A stretch of DNA of 64,000 nt from an uncultured archaeon (GCA_964493715.1 CAZBPC010000008.1:9714-73713), one strand, 5' to 3'. Shown: positions 10,633-21,243, counted from the stretch's first letter. Translations and numbers: made by a program. Notes: generated by a model not told the origin, from the letters alone.

Positions 10633-12318
10633 ATGAAAATTGAACTAGAAGAACCATCAGTTAAAAAAAAAATATTCCAAAAAGTTAATCAAAAAAAGTT
10701 ATTAATCATTATCTTAAGCTTTACTATATATATCATTATTTTAGCATTGATATTTGTTCCACTTCAAGGAGGGTTTATATCGTCAACTCAGATAATGCCA
10801 CCTGTTGATAATCTTCCTAGCCAATATGAATCAAATTTACCAATTCAAGAAATGTTTGGTACTTATGGACGTTCTATAGCTATCGCTTTTGTAATGCTCT
10901 CGCATACTCTTCTTGCAAATTTACAGCTAGGAGGCTCATGGGTTGCTGTAACATCTGAAACATTGTTCATTAGAAATCATACAAGTAGATTTAATCGGTT
11001 ATCTCGATCTATAACCTTATTTAATGTAATGCTATTTAGTTTAGGAACTACGCTTGCTACAGCAGGAGTCCTTTTCTTTATTATATTTGTGCCTAATCTC
11101 GTAACAAACCTCTTTCATATTTATTGGTGGCCTTTATTCTTAGAAGTTATTGCGTTTTTCTTAGAAGTGTTTTTTCTGTATACCTATTGGTTCTCATGGG
11201 ATAAAATTAAGATAAAATATCATCAAATTCTTGGATATGGTTTCGCAATTACGGTATTTTTTCAAACCTTTTTTATTAACATGGTTGCAGCAGGAATGTT
11301 AACCCCAGGAACTCCTACGGTGACATTTGGAAGTGATGGAATAATCACCATGTCAGTTAATGATTTAATGTCATGGTGGTTTAATCCTACTACTTGGTAT
11401 TTAACAATTCATCGCTTTGCTGCAGCAGTTTCTGTATTTGGTTTTATATTAATCCTTCTGGCTATGTTTCACTATATGGATCGTCCAGATATTGCCTCCA
11501 AAAAGTATTGGGACTGGGTTGGATCTTGGGGTATGATGTGGGGTTTATTTGGCCTTATTTTTCAACCAATATTTGGATTACTTTATGTAAATCAATTATT
11601 TTATTCGGTTAACCCCGCTTTCCAGATGATAATGCATGGTCCTAGAGCGTGGGAAATGTTACTAGTTGTTTCTCTTATATCAGCATTGTTTCTGATCATT
11701 CTTGTATATTATATCGATAGAAAAGAAGAAATCCTCAATCGAGAGGAAAATGCTAAGTATAAGAAGCTATTTAATTGGTTTCTTATCATAAGTGCGATCT
11801 GTGCATTTTTTTTAATCCAACCTTCGTGGTTAGGAGATACTTTTGAATTTGAGGCCAATTCGGTTTTTAATCCTCTTGGTATTATGGGTATTAAGTATAT
11901 AGCTCTACTAGGATTAATGATTATTGGAATTTTGATTGTTGCAATTGATGTAAAGATGTTAAAGAAGATGAAAGAGGGAGAATGGGGAAAACTTTCAAAA
12001 ATTTCTAGATATGCGGGAATTCTTGCAGGAGTTGTTGGAATGTTTATAGTTATAGTAATGGGGTACGTTCGAGAATCTACCAGAGCCCCATATACTATAT
12101 TTGGAATTTTACCTGTTGAAGGATCTAGTACAAATCCTACTCCAATTGCAGTAGATCGACTTTTTATCGTTTTTGGATTGATAATGATAACTATCATTTT
12201 AATCTTCTGGTTTACTTCAAAAGTAACTGCTCATCACCCAGAGGAAGCGGAAAAGATATACTCAGTAGGATACGACGATATGGAAGAACCTTTAACTCAA
12301 GAAGATACAAATAATTAA
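10633..12318 (+). CDS. Cytochrome bd oxidase subunit I-like (CydA-like) membrane protein
   Basis: Many TM helices; SH...ANL..G, E...F.LE..FLY.Y..SWD, IHR..A, GYVRE.TR.PY.I.G motifs typical of CydA-like proteins. Confidence 0.75.
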   Translation: MKIELEEPSVKKKIFQKVNQKKLLIIILSFTIYIIILALIFVPLQGGFISSTQIMPPVDNLPSQYESNLPIQEMFGTYGRSIAIAFVMLSHTLLANLQLGGSWVAVTSETLFIRNHTSRFNRLSRSITLFNVMLFSLGTTLATAGVLFFIIFVPNLVTNLFHIYWWPLFLEVIAFFLEVFFLYTYWFSWDKIKIKYHQILGYGFAITVFFQTFFINMVAAGMLTPGTPTVTFGSDGIITMSVNDLMSWWFNPTTWYLTIHRFAAAVSVFGFILILLAMFHYMDRPDIASKKYWDWVGSWGMMWGLFGLIFQPIFGLLYVNQLFYSVNPAFQMIMHGPRAWEMLLVVSLISALFLIILVYYIDRKEEILNREENAKYKKLFNWFLIISAICAFFLIQPSWLGDTFEFEANSVFNPLGIMGIKYIALLGLMIIGILIVAIDVKMLKKMKEGEWGKLSKISRYAGILAGVVGMFIVIVMGYVRESTRAPYTIFGILPVEGSSTNPTPIAVDRLFIVFGLIMITIILIFWFTSKVTAHHPEEAEKIYSVGYDDMEEPLTQEDTNN

Positions 12319-12341
12319 AATCGTTAATTTTTAAACTAAAT

Positions 12342-12479
12342 TTGACCGAAAAAATTCCAGAATTTGTCAGAAATATGGCAATTAAAATGATTGAAGATTT
12401 CTCTGGAGAAATAGGATTCACTGAAGTTAAACCGGATTTAGTAGAAGAAATTAGCAACAAATTCAAATTGCACAATTAA
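12342..12479 (+). CDS. Small PCP-reductase-like domain ORF or remnant, paralogous to the C-terminus of the USP at 7151-8365
   Basis: Translates LTEKIPEFVRNMAIKMIEDFSGEIGFTEVKPDLVEEISNKFKLHN; USP tail reads LTEKIPAFVRNMVRKMIEDFACEKGISEILPELVENMANKF; not in the ORF track. Confidence 0.6.
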   Translation: MTEKIPEFVRNMAIKMIEDFSGEIGFTEVKPDLVEEISNKFKLHN

Positions 12480-12581
12480 ATTGTATATTTTAATATTAAT
12501 TTTAATGCAATTGATTTATAGAATTAGATCTAAGATTTAAAAGCAATAATCTTATTAAAAAAAACTACATAATAACTAATT

Positions 12582-13136
12582 ATGACGCAATTATTAAGAT
12601 GCAAAGTATGTGGTTACATTATTAAGGATAGTAAATTGGGAGAAAAGTGTCCCGCTTGCGGAGTTCCAAAAACCGCATTTGAACCATATAAGGAAAAGGT
12701 TTCAGAGAAGCGTAAAAAAATCTTAGATTTAGAGATTCATCCCATACTAACACATTTTGCTGTGGGGTTTAGTGTCTTTTCTTTTATTTTGACAATGTTA
12801 ACAGTGATATTTCCAACTTTCTATAGAAATGAGATTCTTACTACTATTGTTATTCTAAATATTTCTTTGCCGATTTTTGTCGATTTAACTCTTATGAGTG
12901 GAATTGTTGATGGAAAGATACGATTTAAAAGAATAATTACCACTCAACACATAAAGAAAATGATTATAGGGTCAGTATTACTCGCCCTTGCAATTTCATT
13001 AGGAGTAATCAGTTTCTTTTTGCCAACAGCAACAATTTTAATACCTCTCCTTTTCATAAGTTTATTCTGTGTCGTTTGTGCAGGATTGCTCGGTCTTATT
13101 GGAAGAACATTAAAATGTATAGCATTTCCAAATTAA
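12582..13136 (+). CDS. Rubredoxin-like domain fused to a DUF2231-like membrane domain
   Basis: RCKVCGY..CPACGVPK..F followed by HP..THF and 4 TM helices. Confidence 0.8.
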   Translation: MTQLLRCKVCGYIIKDSKLGEKCPACGVPKTAFEPYKEKVSEKRKKILDLEIHPILTHFAVGFSVFSFILTMLTVIFPTFYRNEILTTIVILNISLPIFVDLTLMSGIVDGKIRFKRIITTQHIKKMIIGSVLLALAISLGVISFFLPTATILIPLLFISLFCVVCAGLLGLIGRTLKCIAFPN

Positions 13137-13156
13137 CTTTCTTGATCTTTTTTTTT

Positions 13157-14380
13157 TCAATTTTTTTCCTTTATTGAAGCATATTTAATGATATTTTCTT
13201 TTTCAAACACTTTATGAAGTCTATTATAAGGAATATTTAACATTGTAAAAAATGGTGTTACTAAGCGAGATATAGGTAGATGAAGTAATATAATTAAAAT
13301 CACCGATCTTATCAGTGAGATTGAACAATTTCGAGCAGTTCCAACACGCATACCAAAATTTGCTCTTAAAGTGGCAGATTTGGCAGCATTTTTTCGATAA
13401 AATTCATATTTATTGGCAAGAGTTTTAAGGTTGAGTTTAGGATTATTTAGATAAGATGATAGGATATCAGCTAAAAATTCGGCATCAGCAAATCCGGTAT
13501 TCATCCCTTGACCTCCAATCGGAGGCATAGTATGAGCGGAATCTCCACACAGAAATACATTTTTTTTCCAATATGAGTCAGCTAAAAATTTTTGAACACC
13601 AAATGAATTCTGAGAAATTTTATCTTTTTCATTTAAGCTGATCCCTGTGCGTTTGAGTATAACTTTTTCTAAAAATCCCTCTTTTGGGGTTTCAATAAAT
13701 TTATAAGTTTGGATGATCCACCTTCTTTTCTTATTGGGTAACGGAAAAGATTCTATGCTCCCTTTATTTGTAAACCATAAAACAGCAGCTTCTTTAAAGA
13801 GAGATTTGTCAATATAATCTCCCATAATAAAAGTGGGTTTAAAATAATACCCTATAAAGGGAATTTTGACTTTTTGTCGAATAACTGATTTCTCACCGTC
13901 ACAAGCGCAAATGAGCATTGATGAGAAAGTAAATTCTTTTAAGTCTTGAATATTGAAACATTCTATTGAATATTTCTCCGAGTCTGACTTTACATTAGAA
14001 ACATTATAACCTCGTAATATAGTTACGCAAGAAAAGTTTTTTAAATTATTTTCTAGTATTTTTTCAGTTATAGCTTGTGATAAAGAAAGAACAAATGGAA
14101 ATTTTGAGGGAATTTTCTCTATCTTTAATTCACCTAACCGCATTGTAGTTCCAAAAAAGATTGCTCTTCTCCCTATAATACCATTTTTGATAAATAGATG
14201 GGCAAGATTTAAATCATTTAATATTTCTAAAGAGGGAGGAGTAATCCCAATAGCCCTTGACCAAGGACTTCTGATCAATTCTTTTTCTAAAATTAATGTT
14301 TCAATATTTTTTGAACCAAGGAGATTTGCTAATAACAGTCCGACTGGCCCAGCACCTACAATTATTATTTTATAATTCAT
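13157..14380 (-). CDS. FAD-dependent monooxygenase (PheA/TfdB/UbiH-like)
   Basis: IVGAGPVGL, ACDG..S.IR, FLCGDSAH.MPPIGGQGMNTG. Confidence 0.92.
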   Translation of the reverse strand: MNYKIIIVGAGPVGLLLANLLGSKNIETLILEKELIRSPWSRAIGITPPSLEILNDLNLAHLFIKNGIIGRRAIFFGTTMRLGELKIEKIPSKFPFVLSLSQAITEKILENNLKNFSCVTILRGYNVSNVKSDSEKYSIECFNIQDLKEFTFSSMLICACDGEKSVIRQKVKIPFIGYYFKPTFIMGDYIDKSLFKEAAVLWFTNKGSIESFPLPNKKRRWIIQTYKFIETPKEGFLEKVILKRTGISLNEKDKISQNSFGVQKFLADSYWKKNVFLCGDSAHTMPPIGGQGMNTGFADAEFLADILSSYLNNPKLNLKTLANKYEFYRKNAAKSATLRANFGMRVGTARNCSISLIRSVILIILLHLPISRLVTPFFTMLNIPYNRLHKVFEKENIIKYASIKEKN

Positions 14381-14586
14381 AAAATTCTCTTTCAGAATTT
14401 CATTTATGTTTACACATATAAAGGAAATGTGTAATTATAACTTAATGATGTAGCTACAACATAAAACTTATTCCTTATTAGAAAATTTATAATTTATTAG
14501 AAAAAATATAAAAAATGCAACAAGATTTATGCAATTCATATTTAATTAAATCCTTTTAATAACTTAATTTATTACTTGAAAACATA

Positions 14587-15303
14587 ATGGCAACAAAAAA
14601 GCAACAAGCAATTGGATGGATTAAAGCGATTAGACCTAAATTTTTGGTTTCATACGTAGTCTTAGGGATTGGGGGAATTATAATCGGGATTAACCATCCA
14701 GGAAATACAATTGATATTGTCTTACTTATCCTATCATTTATTACTATAATAACTGCGGGGATCGGTGTACATTATCGAGATGAAGCAGCAGATTGGCTAG
14801 CTGGTTATGATTTAGAATCTGGAGGCGTAGGAGTAATCCGGGATGGCATTTTAAAAGTCAAACATCTTCAGATTGTGGGTAGAATATTGACAATCATCTC
14901 TTTAGGTTTCGCAATTTTACAAGTTTTTATCACTTGGCAGTTAATATATATTCTTATTCCATTAGTGCCCGTAATCATATTATCAAATTATGTTTCAGAA
15001 AGCATCACTTTAGGGCACGAAGTTGCACCTGCATTTGCTTATTCTATGTCACTGTTGTGGGTTTTTTTAGCACAAGGATGGAGTTTTACACTTTCAACGC
15101 TTTATTTTGTAATATTCGCATTCCTATTCGTATTAGCTTTAGTACCATATCAAGATGTTGGTGATTATGAGGTTGATTTAAAAACAGGTAAGAAAACCCT
15201 TACAGTTAAATTGGGAATTGATGCAGTTGGGCAATTATCTATTATTATAGCTGTTATATCGCTTATTTTTCTTTATCTCAGTATTTTAATGTTCATTTAT
15301 TAA
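14587..15303 (+). CDS. UbiA-family prenyltransferase (MenA-like)
   Basis: KAIRP.F, H..DE..DW..G.D, QD..D.E.D..TGKKTL.V.LG. Confidence 0.82.
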   Translation: MATKKQQAIGWIKAIRPKFLVSYVVLGIGGIIIGINHPGNTIDIVLLILSFITIITAGIGVHYRDEAADWLAGYDLESGGVGVIRDGILKVKHLQIVGRILTIISLGFAILQVFITWQLIYILIPLVPVIILSNYVSESITLGHEVAPAFAYSMSLLWVFLAQGWSFTLSTLYFVIFAFLFVLALVPYQDVGDYEVDLKTGKKTLTVKLGIDAVGQLSIIIAVISLIFLYLSILMFIY

Positions 15304-15414
15304 TTTTAAAATAATATAAGACTAATTATTTAATTATTCAATAACTAGTCTTTCTTTTAATCTTTTTAATTCATTACTAAAAACTTTAAATTCGATGGGA
15401 ATCGAAATGAATCT

Positions 15415-16941
15415 ATGGAATCATATGATTTAGTAGTAATTGGTTCGGGTGCGGGGCTCAATGTTCTAAATTATGGACTACAGTTGGGACTTAATTGTGC
15501 CTTAGTAGAAGATACCAAGCTTGGAGCTACCTGTTTAACTCGTGGGTGTATTCCTTCAAAAGTATTGGTCCATCCTGCAGACCTAATTAGAGAAGCAGAG
15601 CATGCAAGCAAGGTAGGAATTAAATTCAGCGTCGACAATATAGATTGGGATCTAATTGCAAGGAGGATGTGGAGTCAAATTGATGAAAGCAAGGAAATGG
15701 AAGATGGTTTATCCAATGTTCATAATTTAAAATTATATAAAGGGATTGGTGAATTCATTGGGGAGTATGAGATGAAGGTAAAATCAGTATCATCTGGTGA
15801 AATTATTGGTCATTTTAAGGGAGAGAAATTTGTCTTAGTCTCTGGTGCTAGATCGTTTATTCCTCCAATTCAAGGATTAGATCAAGTGGAGTTTATTACT
15901 AATGAGAATTTCTTTGGAGATAAGTTCCCAGATAAACCTTGGGAAAGTTTAATTATAATAGGTGGGGGTGTAATTGCAGCAGAATTTGCCCATATTTTTT
16001 CTGCGTTTGGAACAAAGGTAACTATTGTAGAGATGTTGCCACGTTTAGTAATAACAGAAGAACCCGAAATTAGCGAGTTTTTGGAGAGGAATTTTAAAGA
16101 ACATATGACTGTTCTTGTTAATCATAAAGCAATTAAAGTCACTGAAAAAAAAAAAGAGAAAATTGTTACAGTTCAAAATGTTAAAACGGGCGAGGAAGTT
16201 GAATTAAAAGCGGAAGAAATTCTGGTGGCTACTGGTCGTAGTTCGAATGCAGACTTACTCAAGGTTAAAAATACAGGAGTAGAAACTGATGAGAGAGGAT
16301 GGATCAAAACTAATAAATATTTAGAGACTGCTAAGGCAAATATTTGGAGTTTTGGGGATGCTAATGGGCTTTACCAATTTAGACATAAAGCAAATTACGA
16401 ATCTGATGTATGTGCGAATAACATTTTTGGTCCTGAGAGCGAAAAACAGAGTGTTGATTATTCAGTAGTACCGTGGGCAATCTTTACTTCACCTCAAATT
16501 GGACATGTGGGCATGACTCAAGAAGAAGCGATCGAAAAAGGTCATGAGATATTTGTTGCTATCAAAAATTATTCTTCAGTAGCGAAAGGATTTGCGATGG
16601 GTTATAATACTGATGATATTGATGATGGTTTTGTTAAATTAGTGATTGATAAATCTTATAAATTGTTAGGTGCGCATGTGGTTGGTCCTTATGCCGCTCT
16701 TCTTGTTCAACCGTTTGTATATTTAATGAATGCAGGCTATACTTGTGATTCTCCTGAATTTCCAGCAAGAACAGGACCTAATAAATTGGGAAGAGCTTGT
16801 CCTGAAGCGGGATCATTTATGCCTGTATATAAATCAATGGTGATACATCCTTCCCTCAATGAAGTTGCAGGTTGGGCTATAGGTAATATGAAGCCTATTA
16901 ATATCAAAATGGAACATCATGAACATCATCATGAGGAATAA
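15415..16941 (+). CDS. Dihydrolipoamide dehydrogenase / mycothione-reductase-like class I pyridine nucleotide-disulfide oxidoreductase
   Basis: GSGAG, redox pair CLTRGC, GGGVIAAE, GD, C-terminal HPSLNE. Confidence 0.88.
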   Translation: MESYDLVVIGSGAGLNVLNYGLQLGLNCALVEDTKLGATCLTRGCIPSKVLVHPADLIREAEHASKVGIKFSVDNIDWDLIARRMWSQIDESKEMEDGLSNVHNLKLYKGIGEFIGEYEMKVKSVSSGEIIGHFKGEKFVLVSGARSFIPPIQGLDQVEFITNENFFGDKFPDKPWESLIIIGGGVIAAEFAHIFSAFGTKVTIVEMLPRLVITEEPEISEFLERNFKEHMTVLVNHKAIKVTEKKKEKIVTVQNVKTGEEVELKAEEILVATGRSSNADLLKVKNTGVETDERGWIKTNKYLETAKANIWSFGDANGLYQFRHKANYESDVCANNIFGPESEKQSVDYSVVPWAIFTSPQIGHVGMTQEEAIEKGHEIFVAIKNYSSVAKGFAMGYNTDDIDDGFVKLVIDKSYKLLGAHVVGPYAALLVQPFVYLMNAGYTCDSPEFPARTGPNKLGRACPEAGSFMPVYKSMVIHPSLNEVAGWAIGNMKPINIKMEHHEHHHEE

Positions 16942-17023
16942 CTTCTTTCTGTATTTATTTTCTTTTATTTTTAATAAATGAAAACTTCAAATATTTAGCT
17001 TCTTTCAACAATACTAATATATA

Positions 17024-18949
17024 ATGGATTTGAAGAACAATTCAATAGGACAGGTTTATACTCCTGATTATATAGCGGATTTTATGGTACAAAATGTGAA
17101 AAATCAATACTTATCTATACATGATAACCTTGATCACGTTAAGATCCTTGAACCTAGTGCGGGAAAAGGGGTTTTCCTTAAATCCCTCTTAAATTGGGGA
17201 TTTAACAATATAACTGCTTATGAATTAGATCCAAACCTTCATAAAACTTTATTAGAGAATTATCCAAATGTAATATTTAAATTTACGAATTTTTTAGGAT
17301 CGAATCTTAACGATAACTTCGATATTATTATTGGAAATCCCCCTTATTTAGGACAAAATTATAACCCTCAAATTTTTCAGGAACTTATACATGAATATCC
17401 AAATTGTCGGAAATATTTTGTTGGAAATATGGATTTATTTTATTATTTTATTCATTTTGCCATATTAAAATTAAAACCCGGGGGACTTCTATCTTATATT
17501 ACCACTAATTATTGGTTAACTAAATCCAAGAAAACGGGAATAAAGTATCTTAAACCCCATATTGCTAATGATTGCTATATATTACAATACATTGATTTAA
17601 CAAGATTAAAGATATTTAAAGATGCTTTGGGGCAACATAACTGCATCTTTATACTCCAGAAAAAGAGTGATACTGAAAAAGATAAAAAGATCAATAAACC
17701 AATTCAAGTCATTCAAGTAAAAAAAAATGATAATGTTAACTACTCAAACCATCAATATACTAATCTTATTTTGTCTGAAATGCTGGAGAATCATAAATCT
17801 AAATTTATTAAAAAATATACTTCTGCTTTAAAGAATAATGATCTAGATGAATTTGGAAATTGGAATTTAATCTATCCAAGAGAAGTCGAAGAAATAATCA
17901 CTCAGATAGGACTATTTTGCATAGAAGAAGGAAAAATAGCATCTTTAGGAGATTATTTCAGTATTCGGAATGGACTGATATTAATAAAAGATGATATTTT
18001 TATTCTAAAAGAAAAAGATCAGATTTCAATTGAGGAAGATGAGATTTTAATAAATATCAATAAGGAATTTACCAAACTTAACCCACTTGAGAAAAAAAGA
18101 TTAAAGAAAATCTATAAAAGTCGATCTATTGTGCCCTACGGATATCTTCCTCAAGAACTTGAAGGTTATGTAATATATTTTGATAAATTTGAATTTAGCG
18201 AACTTGAAAATGAGGATCGAGAGGATCAATTAATAAAAATCTACCCTACCCTAGCTAAATATTTGAAACAATATGAGCAAGATCTAATAAAAATATTAAT
18301 AAATGCAAACGAGAATCCAAGAAATATCTATTACCCACGTCGAGGAAGCCATATTAGACAAGAAAAGCGTAATGGTTTAATCAGTTTGGAAGGTTTATAT
18401 GATAATAGCCCAAAAATCTTTTTTAAATTTATTTCTCGGGATAATGTCTTTGGATATGCTATGGATCAATACTATGCGACATCAGATACATATTTCCTGT
18501 GGCCCAAAAAATCTTCTGAATTGACTCCCATATTTTTACTTGCTTATTTAAATTCCAGCATCGTGAGATTCATCTATAAATCAAGAGGTTTAGCAATGAA
18601 AAGAAGCAAGACCAAAATTGAAGATGGAATCCCACTACCAATCCTTAATCAATTTAAAACCAAGGAAAAGAATTCAATCATTGAATTAATTCAACTAATG
18701 ACTAAATTTCGAATACATTTAATAAATCCAATTAATGATTATGATGTTAATGATTTTATAGATGAATTAAAATCAATCTCTCATATAATTAATCCTGAGA
18801 CGAACTCATCTAAAGAAATGATTATCAATGCAATAAATGATAAGAGAGAAGAAGATATCCAAATGATCATTGATAATCTATTTTACCAACTCTTTGATTT
18901 AGACGGAAAAAGAATAGATTATTTAATGAGGGAATACTACTATGATTAA
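17024..18949 (+). CDS. Amino (N6-adenine) DNA methyltransferase, gamma/TaqI/Eco57I-like, solitary
   Basis: GQVYTP, motif I ILEPSAGKGVF, motif IV IIGNPPY, DLFYYF..LKPGG; LAYLNS target-recognition tail. Confidence 0.88.
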   Translation: MDLKNNSIGQVYTPDYIADFMVQNVKNQYLSIHDNLDHVKILEPSAGKGVFLKSLLNWGFNNITAYELDPNLHKTLLENYPNVIFKFTNFLGSNLNDNFDIIIGNPPYLGQNYNPQIFQELIHEYPNCRKYFVGNMDLFYYFIHFAILKLKPGGLLSYITTNYWLTKSKKTGIKYLKPHIANDCYILQYIDLTRLKIFKDALGQHNCIFILQKKSDTEKDKKINKPIQVIQVKKNDNVNYSNHQYTNLILSEMLENHKSKFIKKYTSALKNNDLDEFGNWNLIYPREVEEIITQIGLFCIEEGKIASLGDYFSIRNGLILIKDDIFILKEKDQISIEEDEILININKEFTKLNPLEKKRLKKIYKSRSIVPYGYLPQELEGYVIYFDKFEFSELENEDREDQLIKIYPTLAKYLKQYEQDLIKILINANENPRNIYYPRRGSHIRQEKRNGLISLEGLYDNSPKIFFKFISRDNVFGYAMDQYYATSDTYFLWPKKSSELTPIFLLAYLNSSIVRFIYKSRGLAMKRSKTKIEDGIPLPILNQFKTKEKNSIIELIQLMTKFRIHLINPINDYDVNDFIDELKSISHIINPETNSSKEMIINAINDKREEDIQMIIDNLFYQLFDLDGKRIDYLMREYYYD

Positions 18950-18984
18950 TTAGAAAAACCAAAATTTTATAAACTCATAGTTAA

Positions 18985-20037
18985 ATGATAGAGTTTCCAA
19001 AATTCGATGATGTTGGGAGTTTTCCTTTACCAGATTATATCGATATTGACAAGTTCAAGCAATTTTATTGGGCTGGATACAAAGGAATTGTAAATAACGC
19101 GGATATATTTGAGAATAGGGGAATATATAATTATTTCATTCATCCTTTTCTACAATCTTTTCAGTTAAAATTAAATGCAGGAGTTGAGATCATAAATTAT
19201 CCCCAACTTATGGATATGTATAATCAATTCCTAAAACCTATTGAAGATTATGAAACAGAACCTTCTCTAATAGACCCCCGAAAAGCAATTATTCCAGAAC
19301 TATTTATCTTAGATTCCTTTTCAAAAGACTATTATGAAAGAACTGGAAATAGTCTGGAAATTAAAGTATGCATTACTGGACCTATAGAGTTGTACATTAA
19401 AAAGCAAGGTTTTACAGTATATCCTGATATTGTAATGAATATAGCAAAATCGCTTAATACAATTCTCAAAAAATCGATCAATAATACCAAATATTTGCAT
19501 TGTTCCATAATCTCCATTGATGAACCATCATTTGGTTATGTGGATATGTTTAATATCGAAGAAGATGCCTTGATTAAGGCTTTTGATAAAACTGTAGATG
19601 GTATCGATTCGATTATTCAAATTCATCTCCATACATTAAAAAAATTTCACACTCCAATTCAAGCAAAAAATATTGACGTGTTAACTTGTGAATATGCTTC
19701 TGATCATTCAAATGTTATCCCCAAAAAGGATTTAGATTTGTATGATAAATTCATTCGAGTTGGTATCACAAGAACTAATATAAATAGTATAATGGCTGAA
19801 AAACTGGATGCGGGGACACCATATGATGAATTAAAAACATATGAAGGTATCATGAGTCTAATTGATTCAAAAGAATTCATCAAAGAGAATCTACTTCTCG
19901 CCTTAAAGCATTATGGAGATCGCTTAAAATTTATTGGTCCCGATTGTGGACTTAAAGGATGGAATCCTCCACAGGTTGCGTATGAATTATTAAGAAGAAC
20001 CTATCAAGTCATTAAGGAGGTTAAAAATAATCTATAA
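18985..20037 (+). CDS. Cobalamin-independent methionine synthase catalytic (core) domain protein
   Basis: DVGSFP, KVCITGP, SIDEP, IHLH, PDCGL. Confidence 0.8.
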   Translation: MIEFPKFDDVGSFPLPDYIDIDKFKQFYWAGYKGIVNNADIFENRGIYNYFIHPFLQSFQLKLNAGVEIINYPQLMDMYNQFLKPIEDYETEPSLIDPRKAIIPELFILDSFSKDYYERTGNSLEIKVCITGPIELYIKKQGFTVYPDIVMNIAKSLNTILKKSINNTKYLHCSIISIDEPSFGYVDMFNIEEDALIKAFDKTVDGIDSIIQIHLHTLKKFHTPIQAKNIDVLTCEYASDHSNVIPKKDLDLYDKFIRVGITRTNINSIMAEKLDAGTPYDELKTYEGIMSLIDSKEFIKENLLLALKHYGDRLKFIGPDCGLKGWNPPQVAYELLRRTYQVIKEVKNNL

Positions 20038-20104
20038 ATTATTTTTAATTTTAAAATGATTGTTAATACATATTTTGTTGATGGAGTAGTTTAAATAAAA
20101 ATTT

Positions 20105-20890
20105 CTATTGTTTATAGAATTCTGGATGTCGATCTTCAAAGATGTTATTGAAGAGGTTTAATTGTTTATCTCTGGCTTTTTCATTATCAATTTCTACAAC
20201 CGCAATATCAGTTTCATTATCTTGAGAAGAGGAGAGTATATCTCCATTATATGATGTGATTTGGCTTCTTCCAGTGAAAGTAAAATCATCATCTCCCCTT
20301 TCTTCTCTTCCAATTCTATTCGATGTTATTGCATATACTCTATTAACTAAACAGTGAGTTTGCATAGCTTTTTGACAATATGGGAGTACTAAATTACTAG
20401 GATGAGCGATAATTTCTGCCCCTTGCAAAGCTAATGTACGTATAATTTCAGGAAAAAACCAGTCAAAACAAATCATCATCCCAATATTTACATTATTCAC
20501 TTTAAATACTTCTGGAGCGTTTTCTCCCGGTGAAAACCATATCTTTTCCTTATAATATAGATGAATTTTTCGATAAATGCCTAAAAATTTATTTTTATAA
20601 ACGCTCATCGCGGAATTATAAATTTTATCACCATTCTTTTCAGCAAATCCTCCAATTAATACAGCTCCTGTTTTTTGAGATTGTTCTTTTAAAAATTGAA
20701 ATGTCGGACCGTCAAGCGCTTCAGCTAAAGATTGTACTTCTCTCTTAGAAATAAAAGCATATCCAGTTGCAAATAACTCAGGAAGTACAAGTAAATCTGC
20801 TTTTACACCTTGTAATAATCCATTTACTTGTTCAAAATTTGCATCCTTTTCACCAAATAAAGGATGGATTTGCACATAACCAATTTTCAT
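20105..20890 (-). CDS. Carbon-nitrogen hydrolase (nitrilase family)
   Basis: LPELFATGY, YRKIHL, MICFDWFFPE catalytic E-K-C triad. Confidence 0.93.
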   Translation of the reverse strand: MKIGYVQIHPLFGEKDANFEQVNGLLQGVKADLLVLPELFATGYAFISKREVQSLAEALDGPTFQFLKEQSQKTGAVLIGGFAEKNGDKIYNSAMSVYKNKFLGIYRKIHLYYKEKIWFSPGENAPEVFKVNNVNIGMMICFDWFFPEIIRTLALQGAEIIAHPSNLVLPYCQKAMQTHCLVNRVYAITSNRIGREERGDDDFTFTGRSQITSYNGDILSSSQDNETDIAVVEIDNEKARDKQLNLFNNIFEDRHPEFYKQ

Positions 20891-21243
20891 TTGTAAAATA
20901 CCTAATTCTTTAAGATCTATGTTTATAGAGTTAAACCGAACTTATTACTAATTACTTATAAAAAACAATTATATTAATTTAAAAGTATTTTTAAAATTAC
21001 TAATTGATCATTTTATAATAATTAAATTTTTAAATTACTTCAATTGACTATACTTATCAATTTTTTGTACAACAAATTTAGCGTGGAGTATCAACTAATA
21101 ATTGTTGAGTAAGATTTTCATAAACCAAACAATATTATTCGAGTTTCTTTGCCTTATTGATTAAAATCGATACATTTTTATAGGTGAATATATATTTATC
21201 AAGTAGACGTTGACAAAAAAACAATTACAAAGTAGTGATAGAT

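Noticed and set aside
16912-16938. His-rich tail (EHHEHHHEE) on the lpdA-like protein
   Set aside because: Short; may bind metal but there is no further support.
21040-21235. TCAA-N-TTGA partial palindromes upstream of hsp20 as a heat-shock operator
   Set aside because: Spacing is inconsistent and such words are common in AT-rich DNA.
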